DNA of 36,740 bases from Macrostomum lignano. Its lineage: Eukaryota. The stretch spans positions 1 through 36,740 of the forward strand of contig NIVC01003633.1 of assembly GCA_002269645.1 (NCBI GenBank). Reading direction: 5' to 3'. Position 1 is the first letter of the stretch; every line of letters begins with the position of its first letter. Positions 21,170-31,117 of this stretch are shown piece after piece. The translations under genes were made by a program, and so were the position numbers. Under the pieces are notes generated by a model, which saw only the letters and a list, made by a program, of their open reading frames with translations, had not been told where the DNA came from and ran no database searches.

Positions 21170-22800
21170 AGAGAATCGATGGGGAAGAGTGATTAATGGG
21201 AGAAATCAATGGGGAGGAGAGATTGATGGGAGAAATCGATGGGGAGGAAAGATTGATGGGAGAAATCGATGGGGAGGAAAGATTGATGGGAGAAATCGAT
21301 GGGGAGGAAAGATTGATGGGAGAAATCGATGGGGAAGAAAGATTGTTGGGAGAAATCGATGGTGAAGAGATTGGGGAGAAATCGATGGTGAAGAGATTGG
21401 GGAGAAATCGATGGTGAAGAGATTGGGGAGAAATCGATGGTGAAGAGATTGGGGAGAAATCGATGGGAAGAGATTGGGGAGAAATCGATGGGAAGAGATT
21501 GGGGGGAAATCGATGGGGAAGAGAGATTGATGGGAGAAATCGATGGTGAAGAGATTGGGGAGAAATCGATGGTGAAGAGATTGGGGAGAAATCGATGGTG
21601 AAGAGATTGGGGAGAAATCGATGGTGAAGAGATTGGGGAGAAATCGATGGTGAAGAGATTGGGGAGAAATCGATGGTGAAGAGATTGGGGAGAAATCGAT
21701 GGTGAAGAGATTGATGGGAGAAATCGATGGTGAAGAGATTGATGGGAGAAATCGATGGTGAAGAGAGTAGGGAGAAATCGATGGTGAAGAGATTGGGGAG
21801 AAATCGATGGGGAAGAGATTGGGGAGAAATCGATGGTGAAGAGATTGGGGGGAAATCGATGGTGAAGAGATTGGGGGGAAATCGATGGTGAAGAGAGTAG
21901 GGAGAAATCGATGATGAAGAGATTGGGGGGAAATCGATGGGAAGAGATTGGGGGGAAATCGATGGGGAAGAGAGATTGATGGGAGAAATCGATGGTGAAG
22001 AGATTGGGGAGAAATCGATGGTGAAGAGATTGGGGAGAAATCGATGGTGAAGAGATTGGGGAGAAATCGATGGTGAAGAGATTGGGGAGAAATCGATGGG
22101 AAGAGATTGGGGGGAAATCGATGGGGAAGAGAGATTGATGGGAGAAATCGATGGTGAAGAGATTGGGGAGAAATCGATGGTGAAGAGATTGGGGAGAAAT
22201 CGATGGTGAAGAGATTGGGGAGAAATCGATGGTGAAGAGATTGGGGGGAAATCGATGGTGAAGAGATTGGGGGGAAATTGATGGTGAAGAGATTGGGGGG
22301 AAATCGATGGTGAAGAGATTGGGGAGAAATCGATGGTGAAGAGATTGGGGAGAAATCGATGGTGAAGAGATTGATGGGAGAAATCGATGGTGAAGAGATT
22401 GGGGAGAAATCGATGGTGAAGAGATTGGGGAGAAATCGATGGGAAGAGATTGGGGAGAAATCGATGGGAAGAGATTGGGGAGAAATCGACGGGAAGTGAT
22501 TGGGGAGAAATCGATGGGGAAGAGATTGGGGAGAAATCGATGGGAAGAGATTGGGGAGAAATCGATGGTGAAGAGATTGGGGAGAAATCGATGGTGAAGA
22601 GATTGGGGAGAAATCGATGGTGAAGAGATTGATGGGAGAAATCGATGGGAAGAGATTGGGGAGAAATCGATGGGAAGAGATTGGGGAGAAATCGACGGGA
22701 AGTGATTGGGGAGAAATCGATGGGGAAGAGATTGGGGAGAAATCGATGGGAAGAGAGATTAGAGAGAAATCGATGGGGAAAAATTGGGGAGAAATCGATA
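21170..22800. repeat. 26-bp (with 25/30-bp variants) purine-rich minisatellite GGGAGAAATCGATGGTGAAGAGATTG filling the DGCR6 intron
   Basis: Read directly. An ATCGAT palindrome occurs in nearly every unit. Confidence 0.96.
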
Positions 22801-22870
22801 AAGAAGTTTAAAAAAATCGGTGCTAATTAGGAGTGCACAATACCCCCCCCCCCCCCCCCATCACCCCCAG

Positions 22871-23386
22871 CAAATGCACTTGGCCCTGCCAGCCGTACAT
22901 CGCTCTCGGGTATCCCACGACCAAATCTGCCGCTTAGCTAACTCTCTCTTGGACGGCACCGTATTCGACATCGTTCGCGACCTGCGCGAGGTTCAGCATT
23001 TAGAAGAGAAATCCCTGTCGGAACGAAGACGCCAACTAGAGTCGGAACTGAAACTTGAACGGTCGGATCTAAGTGCCAGACAGGCGGAAGAGTTGGCCTC
23101 CATAGTTGCCGTCGGTCGGCAACGAACTGCCGAGGAGCGCCGAGTTCGACAAATTCACGAGCGTCAAACCATCGAGTTGGAGCGAACTCAAGCTGATCGG
23201 TTGAAAAAATTCGACATGAAAATTATTATGGAATTGGACCAGAAAGTGCTCACTCAGCAGAGTACGTTAGAGAAGTCCGGCGTCCCCGGATTCTTTGTCA
23301 CGAATAGTCCCAACGATATTCGAACTCAAATGATTCTGATGGATTTTATTATGCGTTTGAGTCAGAAGAAACCGCCTCAAACGTAG
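22871..23386 (+). CDS. DGCR6: DGCR6 exon 2 (171 codons + stop)
   Basis: Acceptor poly-C...CATCACCCCCAG|CAA. LLDGTVFDIV, EVQHLEEKSL, DMKIIMELDQKV..QQSTLEKSGVPGFFVTNSP match the DGCR6 family signature. Confidence 0.95.
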   Translation, partial: QMHLALPAVHRSRVSHDQICRLANSLLDGTVFDIVRDLREVQHLEEKSLSERRRQLESELKLERSDLSARQAEELASIVAVGRQRTAEERRVRQIHERQTIELERTQADRLKKFDMKIIMELDQKVLTQQSTLEKSGVPGFFVTNSPNDIRTQMILMDFIMRLSQKKPPQT

Positions 23387-23539
23387 CTAAGTTTGATCGC
23401 TGACTCAGCATTGCACTATTAGGGCCTTGGTGTGCAATATGATCTTTGTGTGTACTACCGAGTCTGAACTCATTTTTGAGTCATAGCTTCGGTTATAACA
23501 CGGATATAGCTTTCATTTTATGACCCTTTGACTTCACCT

Positions 23540-24561
23540 CCTTGGTCATTGATTCGGTCATGGCGCAGTAGCTTCACTCCTTTGGTCATTGATTCGGTTA
23601 TGACGCAGTAACTTCACTCTCTTGGTCATTGATTCGGTTATGACGCAGTAACTTCACTCTCTTGGTCATTGATTCGGTTATGACGCAGTAACTTCACTTT
23701 CTTGGTCATTGATTCGGTTATGACGCAGTAACTTCACTCCCTTGGTCATTGATTTGGTCATGGCGCAGTAACTTCACTCTCTTGGTCATTGATTCGGTCA
23801 TGGCGCAGTAACTTCACTCCCTAGGTCATTGATTCGGTCATGGCACAGTAACTTCACTCCCTTGGTCATTGATTCGGTCATGGCGCAGTAACTTCACTCC
23901 CTTGGTCATTGATTCGGTCATGGCGCAGTAACTTCACTCCCTTGGTCATTGATTCGGTCATGGCGCAGTAACTTCACTCCCTTGGTCATTGATTTGGTCA
24001 TGGCGCAGTAACTTCACTCCTTGGTCATTGATTCGGTCATGGCGCAGTAACTTCACTCCCTAGGTCATTGATTCGGTCATGGCGCAGTAACTTCACTCCC
24101 TTGGTCATTGATTCGGTCATGGCGCAGTAACTTCACTCCCTTGGTCATTGATTTGGTCATGGCGCAGTAACTTCACTCCCTTGGTCATTGATTCGGTCAT
24201 GGCGCAGTAACTCTACTCCTTTGGTCATTTATTCGGTTATGACGCAGTAACTTCACTCCCTTGGTCATTGATTCGGTCATGGCGCAGTAACTTCACTCCC
24301 TAGGTCATTGATTCGGTCATGGCGCAGTAACTTCACTCCCTTGGTCATTGATTCGGTCATGGCGCAGTAACTTCACTCCCTTGGTCATTGATTTGGTCAT
24401 GGCGCAGTAACTTCACTCCCTTGGTCATTGATTCGGTCATGGCGCAGTAACTCTACTCCTTTGGTCATTTATTCGGTTATGACGCAGTAACTTCACTCCC
24501 TTGGTCATTGATTCGGTCATGGCGCAGTCAGACCCTCCATATGGTCATTGATTTGGTCATG
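23540..24561. repeat. 40-bp minisatellite CTTGGTCATTGATTCGGTCATGGCGCAGTAACTTCACTCC (~25 units)
   Basis: 40-bp period read directly. A 240-bp (6-unit) block is repeated (24181 vs 24421). Confidence 0.97.
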
Positions 24562-24804
24562 TTTTTGTTGTTCTTTTATTTTGTTGCTGATATGTAACAC
24601 TGCTTAATATTATTACTGCACCTACATGTACTCGGCTTGTACTTGACTAATGTACTATTGCTAAATTCTACTATGTTAGCACATTTAATTGCTTTAATAA
24701 ACTCGCATTTTAGATATGTTTCTAAGAAGTGTTTCTTTGCTTCATTTTTTTAATTTTCGTTATCTCTTTAACAAGTAACTTAGGACAAACTCCGGCCCGC
24801 TGTT

Positions 24805-24970
24805 GCTCTGGCGCGGCGCTCTGATGTGCCAGAGGCCCAGGCTCGATTCCCAGTGCAGTCACATTAATTCGGGGCTGAATTGGAATCTCGACTTGGTTCT
24901 TTTGGTGTAATAATGCCCTTAAGGGCCAGCCCCCAAAGCGCAGTGAAGTGTACATGCCTAACGATAAATA
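24805..24970 (+). mobile_element. Possible second tRNA-derived SINE-like fragment
   Basis: GC-rich head ending in GGCCCAGGCTCGATTCCCAG (B-box-like, GGTTCGATTCC with one change). A box is degenerate. Single copy in the window. Confidence 0.35.
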
Positions 24971-25224
24971 AAGTTAGGACCGCGCGCTGTACACTCCTGT
25001 GTGAGTGTGTGCCTGTGCGTATGACTGCGTACGTTTCCGCGCGCTTGTGTGCCTGCTCAGGGGAGTCGGCGGAATGGGCAGCAATGCCTCTCACCGGTTG
25101 TGTGACAATGTCGCTTAAAGTGCGCCAGGGTGCACATCCCCCCCCCCTGCCTGTAACCCTAAATGACACGTCTTATCTTCTCTCATCTATTCTTTCCTGT
25201 TCTCTTTCCTCTCTCCCATGTGTC

Positions 25225-25268
25225 CCGCAGCCATGAGCCCTTGAGCTAAAAAAGTTTTCCAACCCCTG
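25225..25268 (-). mobile_element. hAT-Charlie/Buster-like transposon terminus
   Basis: Minus strand reads CAGGGGTTGGAAAACTTTTTTAGCTCAAGGGC, similar to Charlie-type TIRs (CAGGGGTCGGCAAACTTTTT). Flanked by GTTTAGAG (25269-25276), resembling the Buster-type 8-bp target. Partner end not found. Confidence 0.5.
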
Positions 25269-25668
25269 GTTTAGAGTTGTCAGACGTCGTTGGTTCGAAT
25301 TTTCCAATCGGTCCTTATAAACAAAGTTTGTGTCCAATGTGCAAGCTATTCAACTTTTCTTTGTGTGTAAAAAAGGACATTTTTAACGATACATATCGGA
25401 GTTCTACTCGGGAAGCTGGATCTAGCACTAGTCTTATTAAAGCACAGTTGTTTTTTAGTTGCACTGCATCCTAAATGTGTGCCTTTTTTGATTGTGTATC
25501 AATTCCCAAATTACAATAGTCTAGGAATAATAAACAGTTAATTAATTTAATTTAAAAACATTCACGCAATTGTCCTTGCAGAATCGGATTAATTGGGGTG
25601 AAAAATCAATCGATCAAACTATTTGACGCAAAGATCTCTAGAAATTTGTATAAGTAAACGCCTGACAG

Positions 25669-27651
25669 ATGCCGCAGGACAAGCGCAGCAGTAGCGGCAG
25701 TCGGCGCGGCCGCCTCGAGGCCACGGCCAAGCCGGGTGCTATGCGCAAAATTCTCGACGAAATGGACACCGAAGCGAAGCAGGCTAGGCGTAGCAAAAGC
25801 AAAGGAGGCGGAGATAAGGAGGATAAAGATAGGGATAGAGAGGATCGAGATCGGGATAAGGACAGGCGCGATAGTCGGCACAAAGGCAATGATAGGGAAA
25901 GAAGACACAAGGATGACAAAGAGCGGGATAGTAAGCACAGAGATGACAAAGACCGAGAAAGAAGACAACGAGACGACAAAGATCGAGACAGGAGACATAA
26001 AGACGATAAAGACCGAGACAGACGCCGTGAGGACAAAGACCGAGACAGACAAAAGGATGACAAAGATCGGGAAAAGCGGCATAAAGATGATAAAGATCGT
26101 GACAGACATCGAGATGACAAAGATAGAGAGCGGAACCGAGACGACAAAGACCGAGAGAGGCGGCATAGAGACGATAAAGACCGAGACAGGCACCGGGATG
26201 ACAAAAACCGAGACAGGCACCGGGATGACAAAGATCGAGACAGGCACCGGGATGACAAAGACCGAGACAGGCACCGGGATGACAAAGACCGAGACAGGCA
26301 TCGTGATGACAAAGACCGAGACAGGCACCGGGATGACAAAGAGCGAGATAGGCACCGCGATGAAAGAGATCGCGACAGGCGCAAGGACAAAGACGGTGAT
26401 CGGAAATCGTCTGAGCAGACAACCAAGTCCAACGGTCAAGCGGAAACAGCCGTAGCGGCGGAGGACGACTACAACTATGAAGACGATGAGTTCGAAAATT
26501 ATGACGAAGATTTCGACGACTTCAAAGACGATGATAATGAAGACGACGACGATTCAGACAAAGACCGCAAGCCGCCCGCTGCTGCAAAGACGGATAGCAA
26601 AGACCAGCAGAGAAATGTACCCGCTAGACAGCAATACGAAGATGATAGTGAAGATGATTACGATGGGCACAAAACGTCTAGTCAGCAGCAGCAACAGACG
26701 CCCAGACCCAAGGCGTTGATTGATTTCTTCGGCGCTAAGCGTCGTCAAGCCAATACGGCGGCGGCTAGTCGAACACAGCGCCGCTGGGACGAACTGTCCC
26801 GACTAATCGATCTGGACAAAGTTTCCTACGATCTGTTCCAACTGGCTCCGCTAGAGGAATACGCGCTTTATATGCGCCAATACGGTAGAAGCAACGCTCA
26901 CCAAGCCGCTGTACAGACTAACGAAGACGCTGTCGATCGCGAAGCGATGACTGACGATATTGAATTTTCCACCCGTTGGACTCAGAATCCGCCTGGCGAT
27001 CTTGTTGAATGCGCCGGAGTTGCGGCAGCCAACGATGAGGATTCTGCAGATGAAGATTATGATAGCAAAGATAAAAAGAAGCATAAAAAGAAGCAGACGG
27101 CTCAGCTGCCGTCCAAACCGATTCAACCGTCGGCCAAGTCGCTGCAGCGCACTCTGGACTTAGTTCGACGCGTCCTTGAAGAGCAGAGCCGGCCCCGGGT
27201 GCCGAATGGCAGGCGCGAAGCCGCCGGTCATTTAAGCAGCGGCTTCACACCGTTGACAGCTTCATCAACTTACGGTCCAGCGTCTCGAGCTCTGTTCGAT
27301 CCTAAACGATCGGCTAAGCTGCTCACTATGCATCCGAACTCGTCGACTCTGTTGCTATGGAATGCTCACGAGCCTGAGCTGCCACTGTGCGTCCTATCCG
27401 CTCCCGGCGGCGTAGCCTGCGCTTGCTGGACACCCGACGAGTTCGTCTGCGCCGGATTAGACGACGGCGCGCTGTGCCTTTGGGATCCAACTGAGCCGGC
27501 CGAATCGCACGGACGCTACGACGCAGACGGGGTGTCGATTCGCGGACCGACTTATAGTACGGCCTGGTCGCCAGTTGGCAATCATCTGGGTGGCGGAGTT
27601 GTCGGATTGGCCGCTGTTGGTCGAGCGCTGCATTCCGGCGGCGCTTACCAG
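25669..27651 (+). CDS. WDR60: WDR60/DYNC2I1 dynein-2 intermediate chain, exon 1 (661 codons)
   Basis: Charged R/D/K N-terminus, acidic YNYEDDEFENYDEDFDD, LIDLD...L.PLEEY.LYMRQYG..N..QA.VQTNED...WTQNP, WD40 segments and PTYST motif. Donor CAG|GTGAGG, phase 0. Confidence 0.93.
25830..26400 (+). repeat. Coding 27-bp degenerate repeat (GACCGAGACAGGCACCGGGATGACAAA = DRDRHRDDK) in the WDR60 N-terminus
   Basis: Nine-residue period in the translation, most homogeneous at about 26170-26360. Explains the overlapping antisense ORFs. Confidence 0.9.
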
Positions 27652-27802
27652 GTGAGGTCGAAATATTGCATTGTCTTGCTAGTCTTTGTTGTTAAAACAA
27701 AGTGCCGTCGAAACCGGCCCGGATCAGTTCCGAAGAACTCTGCCGCAGTTATATTTTGTGTTTGATCGAAAGAATTTAAAATATTTACAGATTTCGATTT
27801 TA

Positions 27803-27981
27803 AATTTGCCTCATAGCATCCCAGAGGACATTGAGGACGGGGGTTCGGCCCGGAGCCCGAGGGGCTTCCGGCTCAATGTGGAAGCTGTGGAGCTTGGCTG
27901 CCCTCATCTTGAGCAGCCAAGCCACCCCCAGCTGCTTGACTCTGTCTGCGAGCATCGGCATACCTGCCAAAGTCTTTGAAA
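27803..27981 (-). mobile_element. 179-bp GC-rich insertion flanked by 8-bp direct repeat CGATTTTA; possible truncated retroelement fragment
   Basis: CGATTTTA at 27795-27802 and 27982-27989. The minus frame is open across the insert (...TLAGMPMLADRVKQLGVAWLLKMRAAK...MRQI*). Confidence 0.45.
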
Positions 27982-28073
27982 CGATTTTACTAGGCTAATT
28001 AGCTGGCGAGGTTATTCATTCGTATACTCCAGCCGTTTACCCGAAATTGTATCACCCTACTTCACTTTCACAG

Positions 28074-28850
28074 TTGGTCTCCATGGACTCAAGCGGCCGA
28101 CTTCAAGCCTGGGTGGCGTCGACTCACGTCGGCCCGGCCGATCCGGCCGGCTCAGCCTCTGACTTGGGTCTTCGTCCTGGCGGCCGGGTCAGCCTGATGC
28201 GCAGCTCCCGTCTGGAACTGCCGTCAGCTTCGGCTCCTCTGCCGCCGCTCTGCATGTCCGCTGGCGCCAATGGCGACGGCGCTATCGTTGGCGGAGCCGA
28301 CGGCTGCCTGATTCGCGTCAACGTTGGCGCCGGCGGAAGCTCCGGCAGTCGGCGTTGTCATTCAATCTGCGGCGACTTCGAGCATCGCCTACCGGCTAGC
28401 GTCACGGCTATTGACGCCTCGCCGCACGGCAACGGCCTCCTGCTGATTGGCTACGCCGATGGTCACGTGCGCCTGATGACGTCATCATCGACTAGTCCGC
28501 TGCTGACTGTGCAGCCGAAGTCAGACTCGATAGTTCGCCTGCTCTGGTCGAGAAGCCGGCCGGCTGTGTTCTACTCGCTGGATTCCAGCGGTCGCCTGCT
28601 GGTGTACGACCTCACGCAGAAGAGCTCCGGTCCTGTCAGCGTTTTCGCAGAGTCTGGCGTATCGGATTTCGCACTTGGCGAAGACTACCATTCAACTGGT
28701 CGGGGCTCGAAAAGCGACCGCGCTGTGTGCGTTCTGGTCCGAGCTAATAGCGGCGAGGCGGAGGTGCACACCCTGGCTGAGACTCTGTCAGCTGCCGAGC
28801 TGGACGAAGGCTACCGATTGAGTCAGCTGATTGATCAGCTGTGCGTCTGA
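28074..28850 (+). CDS. WDR60: WDR60/DYNC2I1 exon 2 (258 codons + stop)
   Basis: Acceptor TTCACTTTCACAG|TTG. LVSMDSSGRLQAW...AGSASDLGLRPGGRVSL matches the WDR60 signature; LWSRSRPAVFYSLDSSGRLLVYDL is a WD40 repeat. Confidence 0.94.
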   Translation: MVSMDSSGRLQAWVASTHVGPADPAGSASDLGLRPGGRVSLMRSSRLELPSASAPLPPLCMSAGANGDGAIVGGADGCLIRVNVGAGGSSGSRRCHSICGDFEHRLPASVTAIDASPHGNGLLLIGYADGHVRLMTSSSTSPLLTVQPKSDSIVRLLWSRSRPAVFYSLDSSGRLLVYDLTQKSSGPVSVFAESGVSDFALGEDYHSTGRGSKSDRAVCVLVRANSGEAEVHTLAETLSAAELDEGYRLSQLIDQLCV

Positions 28851-29084
28851 CTTGTTGTTTAAATATAAATTCAAAATGACTTGAATTTGACATTTATTTT
28901 ACTCTCCTACTTAGTAGTAGCAGTAGTATATAGAGTGCAAGTATACAAGAGGAGGTCGCGTGATTTTTATTTCTTATTTCTTATAACATAGACGCTCGCT
29001 TGGGAAAATATCGATCATCTTTTATTGATTTTTCTATGCTCTTAAGGGTAATTAAGGAGGGAAATGTCTTTAGACTCAGTTGTT

Positions 29085-29350
29085 TAATAATAATAATTGA
29101 TTACACCTGCCCCGATCGAAGCTATAGCGCGGCGCATCTGAAGGCTGTCCAGTCCAAGGACTGGGGGTCACCACACACAGCCTCAATTACCCCAGCTAAT
29201 GCTGGCACCCATTTTACAGCTGGGTGAACTGAAGCAATGCAGAGTTAAGTGTCTTGCTCAAGGACACAAATTGTTCCGAGTGGGTAGAGAATCGAACCCC
29301 CGACCTTTCAGTCATGAGTCCGACGCTCTGACCACTAGGCTACGACCCCC
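29085..29350 (-). mobile_element. tRNA-derived CORE-like SINE, copy 2 (near intact)
   Basis: Minus strand: A box TAGCCTAGTGG (29332-29342), B box GGTTCGATTCT (29288-29298), core GTGTCCTTGAGCAAGACACTTAAC...CAGTTCACCCAGCTGTAAAATGGG (29208-29267) resembling the MIR CORE domain, and an (ATT)n tail. Confidence 0.85.
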
Positions 29351-30133
29351 TCAAGACTCAATTCCCTCAATCAAAAAGACATTCCAAACAATACAAATAA
29401 CTCCCCTGTTAAAAACCTGAGATTCTCTATTTATTAGTGTAGATTTTTCGTATTGAAATCTAACTACACTACTTGTTAGTAGAAAAAATAGCGTGTTTTT
29501 CGGTTTGTTAGTTAATCGAAATTTTGGTAAACCATTTCAATACTCTCTTATCTATGCTTCAGTGGCCACACAATTTGATTTTTATCAACAAGTCCACGTC
29601 TGCTCTTTCACATGCCCGGGTGTCCGAGTTTGTCCGAGTTTGTCCTGCACTGCGCTTGCTTGCAGTAAAATTCTATTTTCAAGAGTCTCCGTTATTCCGT
29701 CCAAAACCTATACTATGCTGAGGCTTTTATTGTTTTGTATTTTTCTATCATGGTTATTGTTGCACCAAAAATAAGAATCGATTCAAATATTTTTACTCAT
29801 ACTTGATTTATTGGACTAGAAAAATGGCTGTGAAAAATTTTGAGGCACACGCATACTTTGTTGAATTTTCAATAAAATATTTTTATTATGCAATTTAAAC
29901 TTCAGAGTTTCAGCACTCGATGTGCCAGGAAATACCAATGGACTTTTTTCGTGCCGGTTTTATTACTGCCCTAAAAATCCTGGTTTCATGATACAAATAC
30001 AAATTAATGTGTTCTTTTTCTCAAAATTTTCCATATCAGATTATGACTAAGTCGTGTGCACTTTTGAAGTATTGCACGTATTACTTGTAGTAAAGTGTTT
30101 CAACTTTTCCTTGTTGGTTTTTTAATCCTTGGA

Positions 30134-30567
30134 TGCTGAGCCAGCCGCCCAGAGTGTCAGTTGCTAGGCCAGCCTCCCAGATCCTCAGTTGCTGGGCTAG
30201 CCTCCCAGATACTCAGTTGCTAGGCCAGCCTCCCAGATCCTCAGTTGCTGGGCTAGCCTCCCAGATCCTCAGTTGCTGGTCCTCAGCCTCCCAGATCCTT
30301 AGTTGCTGGTCCTCAGCCTCCCAGATCCTCAGTTGCTGGTCCTCAGCCTCCCAGATCCTCAGTTGCTGGTCCTGAGCCTCCCAGATCCTCAGTTGCTGGT
30401 CCTCAGCCTCCCAGATCCTCAGTTGCTGGGCTACCATCTTCCCAGAGTGTCAGTTGCTAGGCCAGCCGCCCAGATCCCCAGTTGCTGGGCCAGCCTCACA
30501 GAGTGTCAGTTGCTGGGCCAGCCTCCCAGATCCCCAGTTGCTGGGCCAGTTTCCCAGATCCTCAGTT
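30134..30567. repeat. 28-bp minisatellite family, array 2, with an internal run of a 30-bp variant (…GCTGGTCCTCAGCC…)
   Basis: Same unit and orientation as 18757-19710. 30-bp period visible at 30301-30420. Confidence 0.95.
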
Positions 30568-31117
30568 TAAGCTGCAATTCATATGGAAAGCCAGCTGCTT
30601 TATGCTGTGAAATTTTTGTCACTCTACCTATCTTCATTCACTCGGTAATCGCATTGATATCTTGAATGGGCCGTAGAGTTCCGGTTGTATATTTCTGTTT
30701 CCTGTCAGTCGAACAGATGCTTTTGCCATCAAATACCAGAAATTGAAGTCATCAAAAACAGGCTCGGCTCAGCAGAGGATGAATATTAGAATACGAAAGA
30801 GACGGACAGCTCACTAAAAAAGCTAGTTTCTTTCAGTCTGTTCAATTGAACTGGAACACACTCAGTGGTTAGGGCGGCCTATTCATAGTCCATCTTTGGT
30901 ATTCACCCTGCACTTTGCAGTTGATTGCGTGCCTGATTACAGCATCGCTTTCTGATGAGATCAAATCAATCAAATTATCAAGATTGTTTTGAGTTTGTTT
31001 TATTGATTGAAGATTACTGATTTGTCTTCATTTATCTGCCGTGGTATGAATGTCAAATATCAATAAATCGTCTGTATCTACCTAAAAAATCCGTATTTTT
31101 TTGTCCATATGTATCTC

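Noticed and set aside
25606-26455. Antisense SR-like protein (SRCLSRSLS) and hydrophobic VFVIPVP ORF
   Set aside because: Reverse/alternate frames of the WDR60 RD-repeat coding region.
27803-27981. Known ncRNA (U3, SRP, RNase P/MRP, snRNA, HDV/twister ribozyme) in the WDR60 intron
   Set aside because: I could not find the diagnostic conserved boxes of these families on either strand by eye. An Rfam scan is needed, so no RNA gene is called.
29270-29350. A genuine tRNA gene
   Set aside because: No complete acceptor stem; it is fused to the CORE-like body and (ATT)n tail, and has a homologous degenerate copy, so it is a SINE head.
30945-30990. Hammerhead ribozyme core at CTGATGAG (30952)
   Set aside because: No stem II followed by GAAA and no compatible stems I/III nearby. 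The CTGATG in the 20-bp array also lacks the required GA and GAAA.
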